This document shows, in pieces, positions 7,448 to 14,664 of a stretch of 20,000 nucleotides of DNA (position 1 is the stretch's first letter; every line of letters begins with the position of its first letter). The translations under genes were made by a program, and so were the position numbers. A model generated the notes under the pieces. The model had not been told where the DNA came from. It saw nothing but the letters and a program-made list of their open reading frames with translations, and made no database searches. This DNA comes from an uncultured virus (IMG/VR IMGVR_UViG_2881085443_000001) (lineage: Duplodnaviria > Heunggongvirae > Uroviricota > Caudoviricetes > Crassvirales). Location of the stretch: the IMG/VR virus record IMGVR_UViG_2881085443_000001. One strand, given 5' to 3'.

Positions 7448-7503
7448 GCCGTTAAAATCTTTAAAATGGAGATTTATTTGTAGCGATAACAGAAACGGCA
7501 CTA
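7448..7503 (+). ncRNA. tRNA-like T-loop element 3
   Basis: P1 GCCGTT/AACGGC, P2 AAATCT/AGATTT, P3 TTTGT-AGCGATA-ACAGA stacked directly on P1. Confidence 0.5.
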
Positions 7504-7532
7504 AGAAAATTTTAATCAAAAACCTTTATAAA

Positions 7533-7694
7533 ATGAAACAAACTATTTTGACGCACAAAGATCCGGAAATGCTAGGAAAGGAATTAATTACTGAACTGCA
7601 GAAACTAAATACTGATTTTGTAATAATTCACAGCTCTACTTTTTACGATCACATTGACGAATTTTTTAAAGCAATCATACTATACCACGAATAA
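7533..7694 (+). CDS. Small hypothetical protein (53 aa), not in the ORF track
   Basis: MKQTILTHKDPEMLGKELITELQKLNTDFVIIHSSTFYDHIDEFFKAIILYHE*. Confidence 0.6.
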   Translation: MKQTILTHKDPEMLGKELITELQKLNTDFVIIHSSTFYDHIDEFFKAIILYHE

Positions 7695-7704
7695 ATAAAA
7701 ACTC

Positions 7705-7776
7705 ATGAACAAGAAGCAATCTATTATTTTAATCATCATTTTACTTGCCATCATTACTGCTGCAGGTATATACTAA
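7705..7776 (+). CDS. Tiny TM peptide (23 aa)
   Basis: MNKKQSIILIIILLAIITAAGIY*; sits between two genes with 10-nt gaps on each side. Confidence 0.5.
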   Translation: MNKKQSIILIIILLAIITAAGIY

Positions 7777-7786
7777 AAAAAAAGCC

Positions 7787-7969
7787 ATGGAAAAATTAGT
7801 TAAAAAAAGCAGCCTTAGATCTGGACTAAACAGATTTTTTAGAATGACACAACGAATCGAAATTACTAAACTACCTACTAATACGGTAACAGTAAGAAAT
7901 GTTTATAAAAACAAGCAAATTATTGAAGTAACAAGTGATACTTTTGCTAGGTTTAACTCTAGAATTTAA
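7787..7969 (+). CDS. Small basic hypothetical protein (60 aa)
   Basis: Start revised to ATG 7787 (aaagccATG leader) instead of TTG 7745. Confidence 0.6.
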   Translation: MEKLVKKSSLRSGLNRFFRMTQRIEITKLPTNTVTVRNVYKNKQIIEVTSDTFARFNSRI

Positions 7970-7987
7970 TTCAAAACAAAAATAAAA

Positions 7988-8200
7988 ATGACAGAAATAG
8001 AAATCTTTGCAAAATTTGTAAAGGACAAAAGGACAGCGTTAGGAAAATCAATTGCTGATTTATCTGAAGAAGTTTTCAACGATAGAAAAAATAGATACAT
8101 TAGTGACCTGGAGAACGGAAGAAGAAAAGGAATTACTATTGATGTAATGGGTAAGATACTGGCTGCACTAAACACAGAAATTAGTTATAAAGAACTGTAA
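7988..8200 (+). CDS. XRE-family HTH regulator (Cro-like)
   Basis: VKDKRTALGKSIADLSEEV...YISDLENGRR..ITIDVMGKILAAL. Confidence 0.88.
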   Translation: MTEIEIFAKFVKDKRTALGKSIADLSEEVFNDRKNRYISDLENGRRKGITIDVMGKILAALNTEISYKEL

Positions 8201-8228
8201 AATTATTTAAACTAAAATAAAAATAAAA

Positions 8229-8522
8229 ATGGAAAAAGAAAAAGAAATCAAAAACACTGCAGATGGAGAGAGAACAGTAGAAATTCCTTTGAAAAGGTAT
8301 GACGAATTGTTAATTAAAGAGAAAATGACCATGGATAGTGATAAAGAATTAAAGCAGCTTACAGATGTTTTAGTAATATCCAACAGTTTAACTATGGAAC
8401 TTATAGCAGAAAAAGGAGCTCTACAAAATCAAAATATTGAATTATTAAATCTAAGAAAAAGTAAAACTTGGACGGAAATATTCACTAGTATAAAAAATAA
8501 AATTTTATTTAAAAGTGAGTAA
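8229..8522 (+). CDS. Hypothetical coiled-coil protein (97 aa)
   Basis: TVEIPLKRYDELL motif, helical; last gene before the terminator. Confidence 0.7.
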   Translation: MEKEKEIKNTADGERTVEIPLKRYDELLIKEKMTMDSDKELKQLTDVLVISNSLTMELIAEKGALQNQNIELLNLRKSKTWTEIFTSIKNKILFKSE

Positions 8523-8540
8523 TAGCGTATAAAAAAATAT

Positions 8541-8572
8541 AAAAAAAGCGACCCTTAGTGGTCGCTTTTTTT
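8541..8572. terminator. Bidirectional intrinsic terminator
   Basis: AAAAAAAGCGACC-CTTAGT-GGTCGCTTTTTTT between convergent operons. Confidence 0.85.
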
Positions 8573-8953
8573 GTTTAATGATTTTTCTATTCTAAGCAGA
8601 ATACTTTCTATATTTTTCAAAACAGTAAAAGATTCTACGCTGTAATCTGGCGACTCAATTGCAATAGTTTTACCGAACAAATTAGCTTGGTTTCGTTTTA
8701 ATTTATCGTTTAAAGCAATTGGATCCTGGCCTTTTTTCAAGAACCAGTAATTAATCTCCGGGAAGCGCTTAATTATTTTATCAATCAAATTATCACTAAT
8801 TTTATTTCGATCATGCAAAATATGATCAATTGAAGAGTGACTAGCGTACCCTAATTCCTTAGAAAATCCTAATGCAGAATACCTTAATTCTGCTAAAACC
8901 CTTTTCATTATTTCAGAATCAGGTAAATTTTTGTTGTTTTCATTATTTGCCAT
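8555..8953 (-). CDS. Phage repressor-like HTH protein (CI-like, no obvious S24 peptidase domain)
   Basis: FSKELGYASHSSIDHILHDRNKIS..LIDKIIKRFPEINYWFLKKG, an XRE-type HTH common in Bacteroidota. Confidence 0.8.
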   Translation of the reverse strand: MANNENNKNLPDSEIMKRVLAELRYSALGFSKELGYASHSSIDHILHDRNKISDNLIDKIIKRFPEINYWFLKKGQDPIALNDKLKRNQANLFGKTIAIESPDYSVESFTVLKNIESILLRIEKSLNKKSDH

Positions 8954-8992
8954 TTTCGTTTATTTTTATGTTGTTAATATTTTTTTACTTGA

Positions 8993-9310
8993 TTAAATTG
9001 TATTATTTATTCTCTGAAATCCATCTACTAAATCTTCATGTGACATTGCGTCGTATTCATTCAAGTCAATAGTATCGACATACTCCAAGAAGGAAAGTAA
9101 CACTTTATTTTGCTCAATAACAGACAATTTTGCACTACTAATTATATTCCAGTTTTTCAAAAAAGAAGATAAAGATTCATACGGACATTTCCCCGTACCG
9201 TCCAGTCTATTTATCGATAGCGATTTTATATCAGACAATTTTAATTCATATTCCTTTCCGTTTTCATATCCTAATGAATTCGTTCCTGTAAATTTTGCTT
9301 TAATTTCCAT
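8993..9310 (-). CDS. Hypothetical protein (105 aa) between integrase and repressor
   Basis: Starts 1 nt after the integrase stop; likely co-transcribed. Confidence 0.75.
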   Translation of the reverse strand: MEIKAKFTGTNSLGYENGKEYELKLSDIKSLSINRLDGTGKCPYESLSSFLKNWNIISSAKLSVIEQNKVLLSFLEYVDTIDLNEYDAMSHEDLVDGFQRINNTI

Positions 9311-9311
9311 C

Positions 9312-10607
9312 TTAATTTACTTTCTTATAATTTATATCCCAAACTTTTTTCAAGCTCTCAGCGTGTTCTCTATTCGTTTTCTTAATATAGTCTAGCATCT
9401 GTTCCTCGCTCTTCCATCCACATATAGCCATCAAAGTACTATTACTTACCGTTCCGTAAATGTTAGTCGCAAAACTTCTCCTGCAAATGTGGCTTGTTAT
9501 CAGTTCGTGTTTTGGGTATAAACTTACTACTTTTCTTTTAACTTTAGTTTTAGGATCAACTTTTGCAACCCCGCCCATCATTTGAGTATCAAATTTCAAA
9601 ATTCCCGCTATTGTTTTAATATGTTTATTGAATTTAGGATCACAAATTTTTTCTGGCAGCGCTCCGTTTCTTTTCTTCAAAATATCGTGTATCATCCAGT
9701 GAACAGGAATAGAAACCCAAGTTTTTGTTTTCTCAGTTTGAATTTCAATAAAATCATCATGAAAATTATCTAATTTAAGTTTCGATAAAAAATCTGAAAT
9801 ACGTAAACCGGTCCACAATCCAATAATTAAATTGTCTCTCACATTATCTAGCGTAGGATTTTCAGAAAAATCATGGTTATAAATTTTATTTATTTCCAAT
9901 TCATCAAAATAAGGTTCTTTGTAATCGTGGTTTTCTTTAGTAACAAAAACTCTATTTTTATAACTCTGATTAATCAAAATGTTTTCTGCTTCTGCTCTAC
10001 CGCAAAAGAATTTAAATCTTCCAATCATCCTGCGAGCTGTTTTTTCAGCGTAAGATTCAGCCGTTAGAAATTCAGAAAAATTATCCAGCAAAGTATCATC
10101 AATTGAACTAAATTTTATTTTGTCTTTTCCTTCAAATTTCTGGATCAATTTATTCAAAATAGTATAATGGCTTTGTGTTCTTTCTTCCATGTATTTATCA
10201 GCCGAAACTTTAAATTTTGGTGCTTTCTCTTTTAGCCACCAGGTAGCAAAATCAGTCAAATAAAGTTTATGAAGTTCTGGCGCTTTTTTCAGTTCATTAG
10301 ACGGACGATTGAAAAATTTGGCTACGCTTTTTTCAAGCCAAATTTTATTCAAAATTTCACCTTCCATAAAATCCTCATTGACTGCATTAAAAAGATGGAT
10401 CTTTAATTCTGATAATTTAGAATTTAACTTGTCTCTATTCGGGACCGCTATAACGTTTCGTATTTTCTGGTTATCCTGGTCCCAATACTTAGGATCAATA
10501 AATACATTAATACCAGCGCCAGTATCAGTACTTCTTCCGCTAATGAAACGGATACGGATTTCTGAAGGAGATTTTTTACCTACAATGTAGTACTTTAGTG
10601 TTGCCAT
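9312..10607 (-). CDS. int: Phage tyrosine integrase (431 aa)
   Basis: N-terminal arm-binding-like and SAM-like domains; catalytic TGLRISD (R), EKTK (K), HICRRSFAT (HxxR), CGW (W), LDYIK (Y); start revised to MATLKYY at 10607. Confidence 0.95.
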   Translation of the reverse strand: MATLKYYIVGKKSPSEIRIRFISGRSTDTGAGINVFIDPKYWDQDNQKIRNVIAVPNRDKLNSKLSELKIHLFNAVNEDFMEGEILNKIWLEKSVAKFFNRPSNELKKAPELHKLYLTDFATWWLKEKAPKFKVSADKYMEERTQSHYTILNKLIQKFEGKDKIKFSSIDDTLLDNFSEFLTAESYAEKTARRMIGRFKFFCGRAEAENILINQSYKNRVFVTKENHDYKEPYFDELEINKIYNHDFSENPTLDNVRDNLIIGLWTGLRISDFLSKLKLDNFHDDFIEIQTEKTKTWVSIPVHWMIHDILKKRNGALPEKICDPKFNKHIKTIAGILKFDTQMMGGVAKVDPKTKVKRKVVSLYPKHELITSHICRRSFATNIYGTVSNSTLMAICGWKSEEQMLDYIKKTNREHAESLKKVWDINYKKVN

Positions 10608-10655
10608 AATTTTCGTTTTAATTTGATCAAAAGAACACTCTTCCCAAAGCATTCC

Positions 10656-10677
10656 ATCCCGACAATATCCCGACCAG
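10656..10677. repeat. Tandem direct repeat, probable integrase arm-type sites
   Basis: ATCCCGACAAT ATCCCGACCAG, 11-bp period, about 110 bp from the att core. Confidence 0.55.
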
Positions 10678-10697
10678 TTTGAACCAATACAAACATA

Positions 10698-10714
10698 TTA
10701 TACTACAAATATAA
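10698..10714 (-). promoter_or_regulatory. Promoter -7 box (TATATTTG, 10706-10713) for int-hyp-repressor, overlapped by an operator A-like site
   Basis: TTATACTACAAATATAA contains both the perfect half site TTATACTA and CAAATATA. Confidence 0.55.
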
Positions 10715-10767
10715 AATTATTTTTACTATAAATACAAAATATATGTACTTTTATTCTAATACGTGTA

Positions 10768-12267
10768 TTAATAGTATAAATCCGTCTTCCAGTCAAGGTC
10801 ACTTAATCTATTGTTTACCAAATAGATACAGTTAATAATTTCGTTGAGTCGGGTGGTTTGGAATTGGTTTTCCCGAAACGTGAAATTTTCGGGATAAATT
10901 AAACCAATTAGTTCTCTAGTATCAGCTAAACTACTGTTTTCACAGGCTTCTCCGAGCTTTAAAAGGTTTTCCAATCCTGTATTCATTAATTGCTCAATAT
11001 TACCCTTATCATCATCTGCATTCCCAATCTGTTTTTCTAAATTACTTATGATGCCATTATATTCTTTTTTCATAAGATTGTAATCTTCAACCTCGATTTT
11101 TTCAGTTACCAATAAGTTCCTTGCAACTGATAATTTCTTTTCATATTCCGAAATCTGTTCCAGCGACTTTCTCTTTTCATTAGCTATAATCCCTGTATGC
11201 TCTCTATAAGCTTCAAGTAGCACAGCAGTATATAGTTTCTTAACTGGTTCTAAAGGTTTGAATTTATTTAACTGTTCAATAAATATCTTGTTTGCTATTT
11301 CGGAGTTGACTCTCCATTTACAGAGCTTATCACAATGATAGTAATAGTAATATTTGTTTCTCCCTTTGCATTTACTGCCTGTGAGCTTTCGTCCGCACTG
11401 TGGACACTGGAAAAAACCTCTTAGAGGAAAATTTTCTATTGTTCTGACCTTAGGCCTATACGTTCTGGATTTACCGTCAAGAACATCCTGCACTCGGTAA
11501 AATAGTCCTTCACTGATTATTGCTTCATGTTGTCCATCCACCCATCGGACCTCTTCATCTTTATATTTAGGAACTACGATTTTCCCACAATACAGCGGAT
11601 TACGCAAAATAACCCACATGTTACTCTTAGCAATGCGCAACCCTTTTTCCTTTGCCATCTGGTAAATGGATTCAGTGCTGAAAGCATTTTTTGCAATCTG
11701 CTCAAATACCCATATAAGCTGAGTTGCTGCCTTCGGCTCGGGGGCTATATATTTTTTTCCGTCTTCAGTTGCTTTATTAACATAACCATAAGGAGCCATG
11801 CCCATATGCCTTCCTTCTTTCTTACCGCGTCTGAGCCCTTGAAATGTATTGAGTGCCCTTCTGTCATTTTCTACTTCTGGTGCTGCCAGATAAAATGCAA
11901 GCATCATCTTATTTTCTGGGACACTTAAATCAAGAGGCTGCTCTATAGCCTGAGGTTCAACACCTAGTTTTCTTAACAGGTTTATCATTTGATAGGCATC
12001 CCCTGCATTACGACTGAACCTGTCCCATTTCATGAAAAGAATCAGGTCTACTTTATTTTTATGTTTTTTAAGATTAACCAAAAGTTTTTTCCACTGTGGC
12101 CTGTTAAAAGTCTTTGCAGAATGATCTTCATAGATTACGTTGCGTATTTCCATATGATTAATGCTACAATATTTTCGCAACATTTCTTCCTGATTACGTT
12201 GTGAAAAACCTTTCTCAGCCTGCTCGTCAGTGCTGACCCTTATATATAAATCTGCTATCTTACTCAT
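10768..12267 (-). CDS. Large serine recombinase (ICE integrase), 499 aa
   Basis: YIRVSTDEQ (catalytic Ser), DRFSRN, APYGY, ILRNPLYCG, GQHEAII, Zn-ribbon CPQCG...YYHC, coiled coil. Confidence 0.95.
   Translation of the reverse strand: MSKIADLYIRVSTDEQAEKGFSQRNQEEMLRKYCSINHMEIRNVIYEDHSAKTFNRPQWKKLLVNLKKHKNKVDLILFMKWDRFSRNAGDAYQMINLLRKLGVEPQAIEQPLDLSVPENKMMLAFYLAAPEVENDRRALNTFQGLRRGKKEGRHMGMAPYGYVNKATEDGKKYIAPEPKAATQLIWVFEQIAKNAFSTESIYQMAKEKGLRIAKSNMWVILRNPLYCGKIVVPKYKDEEVRWVDGQHEAIISEGLFYRVQDVLDGKSRTYRPKVRTIENFPLRGFFQCPQCGRKLTGSKCKGRNKYYYYYHCDKLCKWRVNSEIANKIFIEQLNKFKPLEPVKKLYTAVLLEAYREHTGIIANEKRKSLEQISEYEKKLSVARNLLVTEKIEVEDYNLMKKEYNGIISNLEKQIGNADDDKGNIEQLMNTGLENLLKLGEACENSSLADTRELIGLIYPENFTFRENQFQTTRLNEIINCIYLVNNRLSDLDWKTDLYY
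10788..10802 (+). other. Putative att core: duplicated tRNA 3' end (tRNA-Arg-like) at the prophage/ICE junction
   Basis: TCCAGTCAAGGTCAC reads as T-stem 3' strand + acceptor 3' strand; from memory it resembles Flavobacteriaceae tRNA-Arg(ACG) ...GAATCCAGTCGAGGTCAC; lies between two integrases. Confidence 0.6.
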
Positions 12268-12434
12268 CTTCTTTCGCTTAAATGTTTAGACACAGCGATA
12301 TTAGCGATTTTCCTCAACAAATACAAAATTTCCTGTACCTGTTCGAAAGTTACATCTAATCCTTCTGATCTCAGCATATGTAAAGCCCTTTCAGGCGTCA
12401 GCTTTGAATCCCTATAGTCCATATCCTTCTCCAT
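12264..12434 (-). CDS. Small protein coupled to the recombinase (56 aa), candidate directionality factor; not in the ORF track
   Basis: MEKDMDYRDSKLTPERALHMLRSEGLDVTFEQVQEILYLLRKIANIAVSKHLSERR*; ATGA overlap with the recombinase start. Confidence 0.75.
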   Translation of the reverse strand: MEKDMDYRDSKLTPERALHMLRSEGLDVTFEQVQEILYLLRKIANIAVSKHLSERR

Positions 12435-12730
12435 CCTCTTACTTTTTTAAATTCATATTCTTTTAAAAAGTAATTTAACCGTAAAACTGGCTCTAATAGT
12501 CATAATGGCAGTACTTGGCTCTGTCTGGAAATATATTTCCTATCTCTTAAAAATACTTCAACAAATTGCAAAAAAAATACCCATCATTTATAATTCTGGT
12601 TATTCACATGTCATCAATTATCCAATACAACTAAACAATTAAGATAAAGACTTCGATTAGTTTTTATAGCTATTTTTTTTTTACCGTTTTATCTCATTTA
12701 ACTTCCTTTCTTCCTATTTCATTTGGTGAG

Positions 12731-12922
12731 GAGCACCGATGCTTGGTTCTTTTTTTTCAGGAGCAAAGGTATTTTCGGGCTCTTAACGGATAACCAAGGT
12801 CAGGCCCTTTGAGGTTTTGAATAAAATCTCCACCCATGCGGGTTGTATTTTTCTCAAAAACCTTGGTTTTCCTAAACCCTACCTTTTTATGCTCATGAAA
12901 CAAAACCAGCATACTCCGGCTC
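12731..12922. promoter_or_regulatory. Long imperfect fold-back, putative single-stranded-DNA promoter (Frpo-like)
   Basis: Nested arms ATGC/GCAT, TGGTT/AACCA, TTTCA/TGAAA, GAGCA/TGCTC, AAGGTA/TACCTT, GGATAACCAAGGT/ACCTTGGTTTTCC, TTTTGA/TCAAAA; upstream of ssb. Confidence 0.65.
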
Positions 12923-13116
12923 TTTACACGAATAAAAAAAATGTCACATATGAAAAACAATCAATTAAATATTACAAATGAAACAAAACAGCGCCTCCTC
13001 TCATTGCCGAATAAATATTTTAAAAAAATAGGCAAACCTAATAAGGCTCACAGAGGAGAGCAGATTGAAAGAAAATGAAGTGTAACAATAGTGAATAACA
13101 GTTAAAAAAGAAAATC

Positions 13117-13494
13117 ATGAACATCATCGGAAGACTGACAAGGGATGCGGAAGTACGCAGAACGTCACAGGAAAAACAAGTAGTAAACTTTTCAGTAGCT
13201 ACTAACGACAGCTACAGAAACAAGCAGGGCGAACGCATAGAGCAGACAACGTACTTCGACTGTTCGTATTGGCTTAGTCCAAAAGTAGCGCAGATACTCA
13301 CAAAAGGTACGGTGGTAGAACTCACAGGCAGAGTAAGTGCAAGGGCATGGACGGGCAGTGACGGAGAAGCACACGCAGGGCTAAATTTCAATACCTCGCA
13401 AATCAAACTGCACGGGGGTGGCAAAAAATCCGAAACGGTGCAGGCTCACGCAGGAAACAGCAACGATAAGGAAAATGACGACCTCCCATTTTAA
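13117..13494 (+). CDS. ssb: Single-stranded DNA-binding protein
   Basis: IIGRLTRDAEVR...NFSVATN...LTKG..V...G, acidic C-terminal DDLPF tail. Confidence 0.95.
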   Translation: MNIIGRLTRDAEVRRTSQEKQVVNFSVATNDSYRNKQGERIEQTTYFDCSYWLSPKVAQILTKGTVVELTGRVSARAWTGSDGEAHAGLNFNTSQIKLHGGGKKSETVQAHAGNSNDKENDDLPF

Positions 13495-13538
13495 TCAAGA
13501 GTATTCAAACAATTATCAAATTTTTAAATCATTTTATC

Positions 13539-14612
13539 ATGGCACATAATATCAATTTCAACAGCACAACAGGACGTTATTCATTCTTTAGCGTAAAAGA
13601 AAAAGCGTGGCACGGCTTAGGGCAAATCGTAGCGCAATACCCTACGAGCGAAGAAGCAATCAAGCACGCAGGATTAGATTATGAAGTCATAAAAACACCA
13701 CTATATACCAAAGGTTCGGGCATCATCGAAACCAGAAACGGTATTGAAATAGGCAGTAGCGAATTGGAAGTACCTTCCTATTATGCCAATATCCGTGCCG
13801 ATAACAATGCCGTATTGGGTGTGGTTGGCAAAGACTATCACATCGTACAAAACCGTGAAGCATTCAATTTTTTTGATGCTATTGTAGGTGGTTCACAAGG
13901 AATATTATACGAAACCGCAGGAGTATTGGGACAAGGGGAACGCATCTTTATTACCGCCAAACTACCCGATTATATCCGAGTAGGAAATGGCGATGATGTA
14001 ACAGAAAAGTACATTTTCCTAACCACTTCGCACGATGGCAGTGGAAGCATAACAGCAGCCTTCACCCCTATCCGTATTGTTTGCCAAAATACCCTTAACG
14101 CCTCGCTTCGTTCAATGAGCAACGTGGTACGCATCAAACATACTTCGGGAGCAAAACAGCACTTGGAAAATGCACACAAGGTTATGGGATTAGCGGATAC
14201 CTTAAGCAACCAGTTAGAAGGAATATTCAACCAGTGGGCTAAAGTAAAGGTGACTGACCAAGAAGTAAAAAAACTAATCCAATTGGCTCTTTGCCCAAAC
14301 AAGGAAACATTGGATTTGCTAAAGAAGGGTGCAGAAGATGAAGTTTCCACCGTCTTCAAAAATGTGGTACAAGATGCCTTTGCCTATGCTATGACAAGCG
14401 ACACCCAACAAATGGATACCACCAAAGGCACATTGTTCGGGGCATACAATGCTGTGACAGGGTACTATCAGAATGTGCGCAATTACAAAGATGATGAAGC
14501 CAAGTTACAAAGTATTGTAATGGGTGGAACCGCTCAAATCAAATCACAGAAAGCATTTGAATTGTGTACTGCCTTTTCAATAAACGGCTCGGAAATCTTA
14601 AATCTCAATTAA
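13539..14612 (+). CDS. DUF932 family phage/plasmid-like protein
   Basis: MAHN, AWHGLG, YHIVQNREAF.FFD, YETAG.L..G, TTSHDGSGS, TPIRIVCQNTL, GTLFGAYNAVT. Confidence 0.9.
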   Translation: MAHNINFNSTTGRYSFFSVKEKAWHGLGQIVAQYPTSEEAIKHAGLDYEVIKTPLYTKGSGIIETRNGIEIGSSELEVPSYYANIRADNNAVLGVVGKDYHIVQNREAFNFFDAIVGGSQGILYETAGVLGQGERIFITAKLPDYIRVGNGDDVTEKYIFLTTSHDGSGSITAAFTPIRIVCQNTLNASLRSMSNVVRIKHTSGAKQHLENAHKVMGLADTLSNQLEGIFNQWAKVKVTDQEVKKLIQLALCPNKETLDLLKKGAEDEVSTVFKNVVQDAFAYAMTSDTQQMDTTKGTLFGAYNAVTGYYQNVRNYKDDEAKLQSIVMGGTAQIKSQKAFELCTAFSINGSEILNLN

Positions 14613-14619
14613 TAACTAC

Positions 14620-14651
14620 AGGCGACTGCCTTTACAGGTGGTCGCCTATTT
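14620..14651 (+). terminator. GC-rich hairpin after DUF932 (weak terminator or mRNA stabiliser)
   Basis: AGGCGACTGCCT-TTAC-AGGTGGTCGCCT with G-U pairs, short ATTT tail. Confidence 0.55.
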
Positions 14652-14664
14652 AAAATTTACAATC

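Larger units (their letters stand above)
1..10802. mobile_element. Prophage, right arm (left part outside the window)
   Basis: Tyrosine integrase next to a tRNA-3'-like att core, CI-like and Cro-like HTH genes, RuvC-like nuclease, solitary GroES, ArdA-like gene, dense small ORFs and very high AT content. No structural genes lie inside the window, so the phage call rests on gene content. Confidence 0.82.

Noticed and set aside
10608..10652. Extended integrase N-terminus MLWEECSF...
   Set aside because: MATLKYY at 10607 has an A-rich leader and a family-typical start; the extension abuts the arm-site repeats.
10768..12267. Serine recombinase as a pseudogene
   Set aside because: All domains and the catalytic Ser are intact; at most the last few residues are exchanged.
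12757..12960. 67-aa - strand ORF
   Set aside because: TTG start and overlaps the large fold-back, which explains the sequence better.
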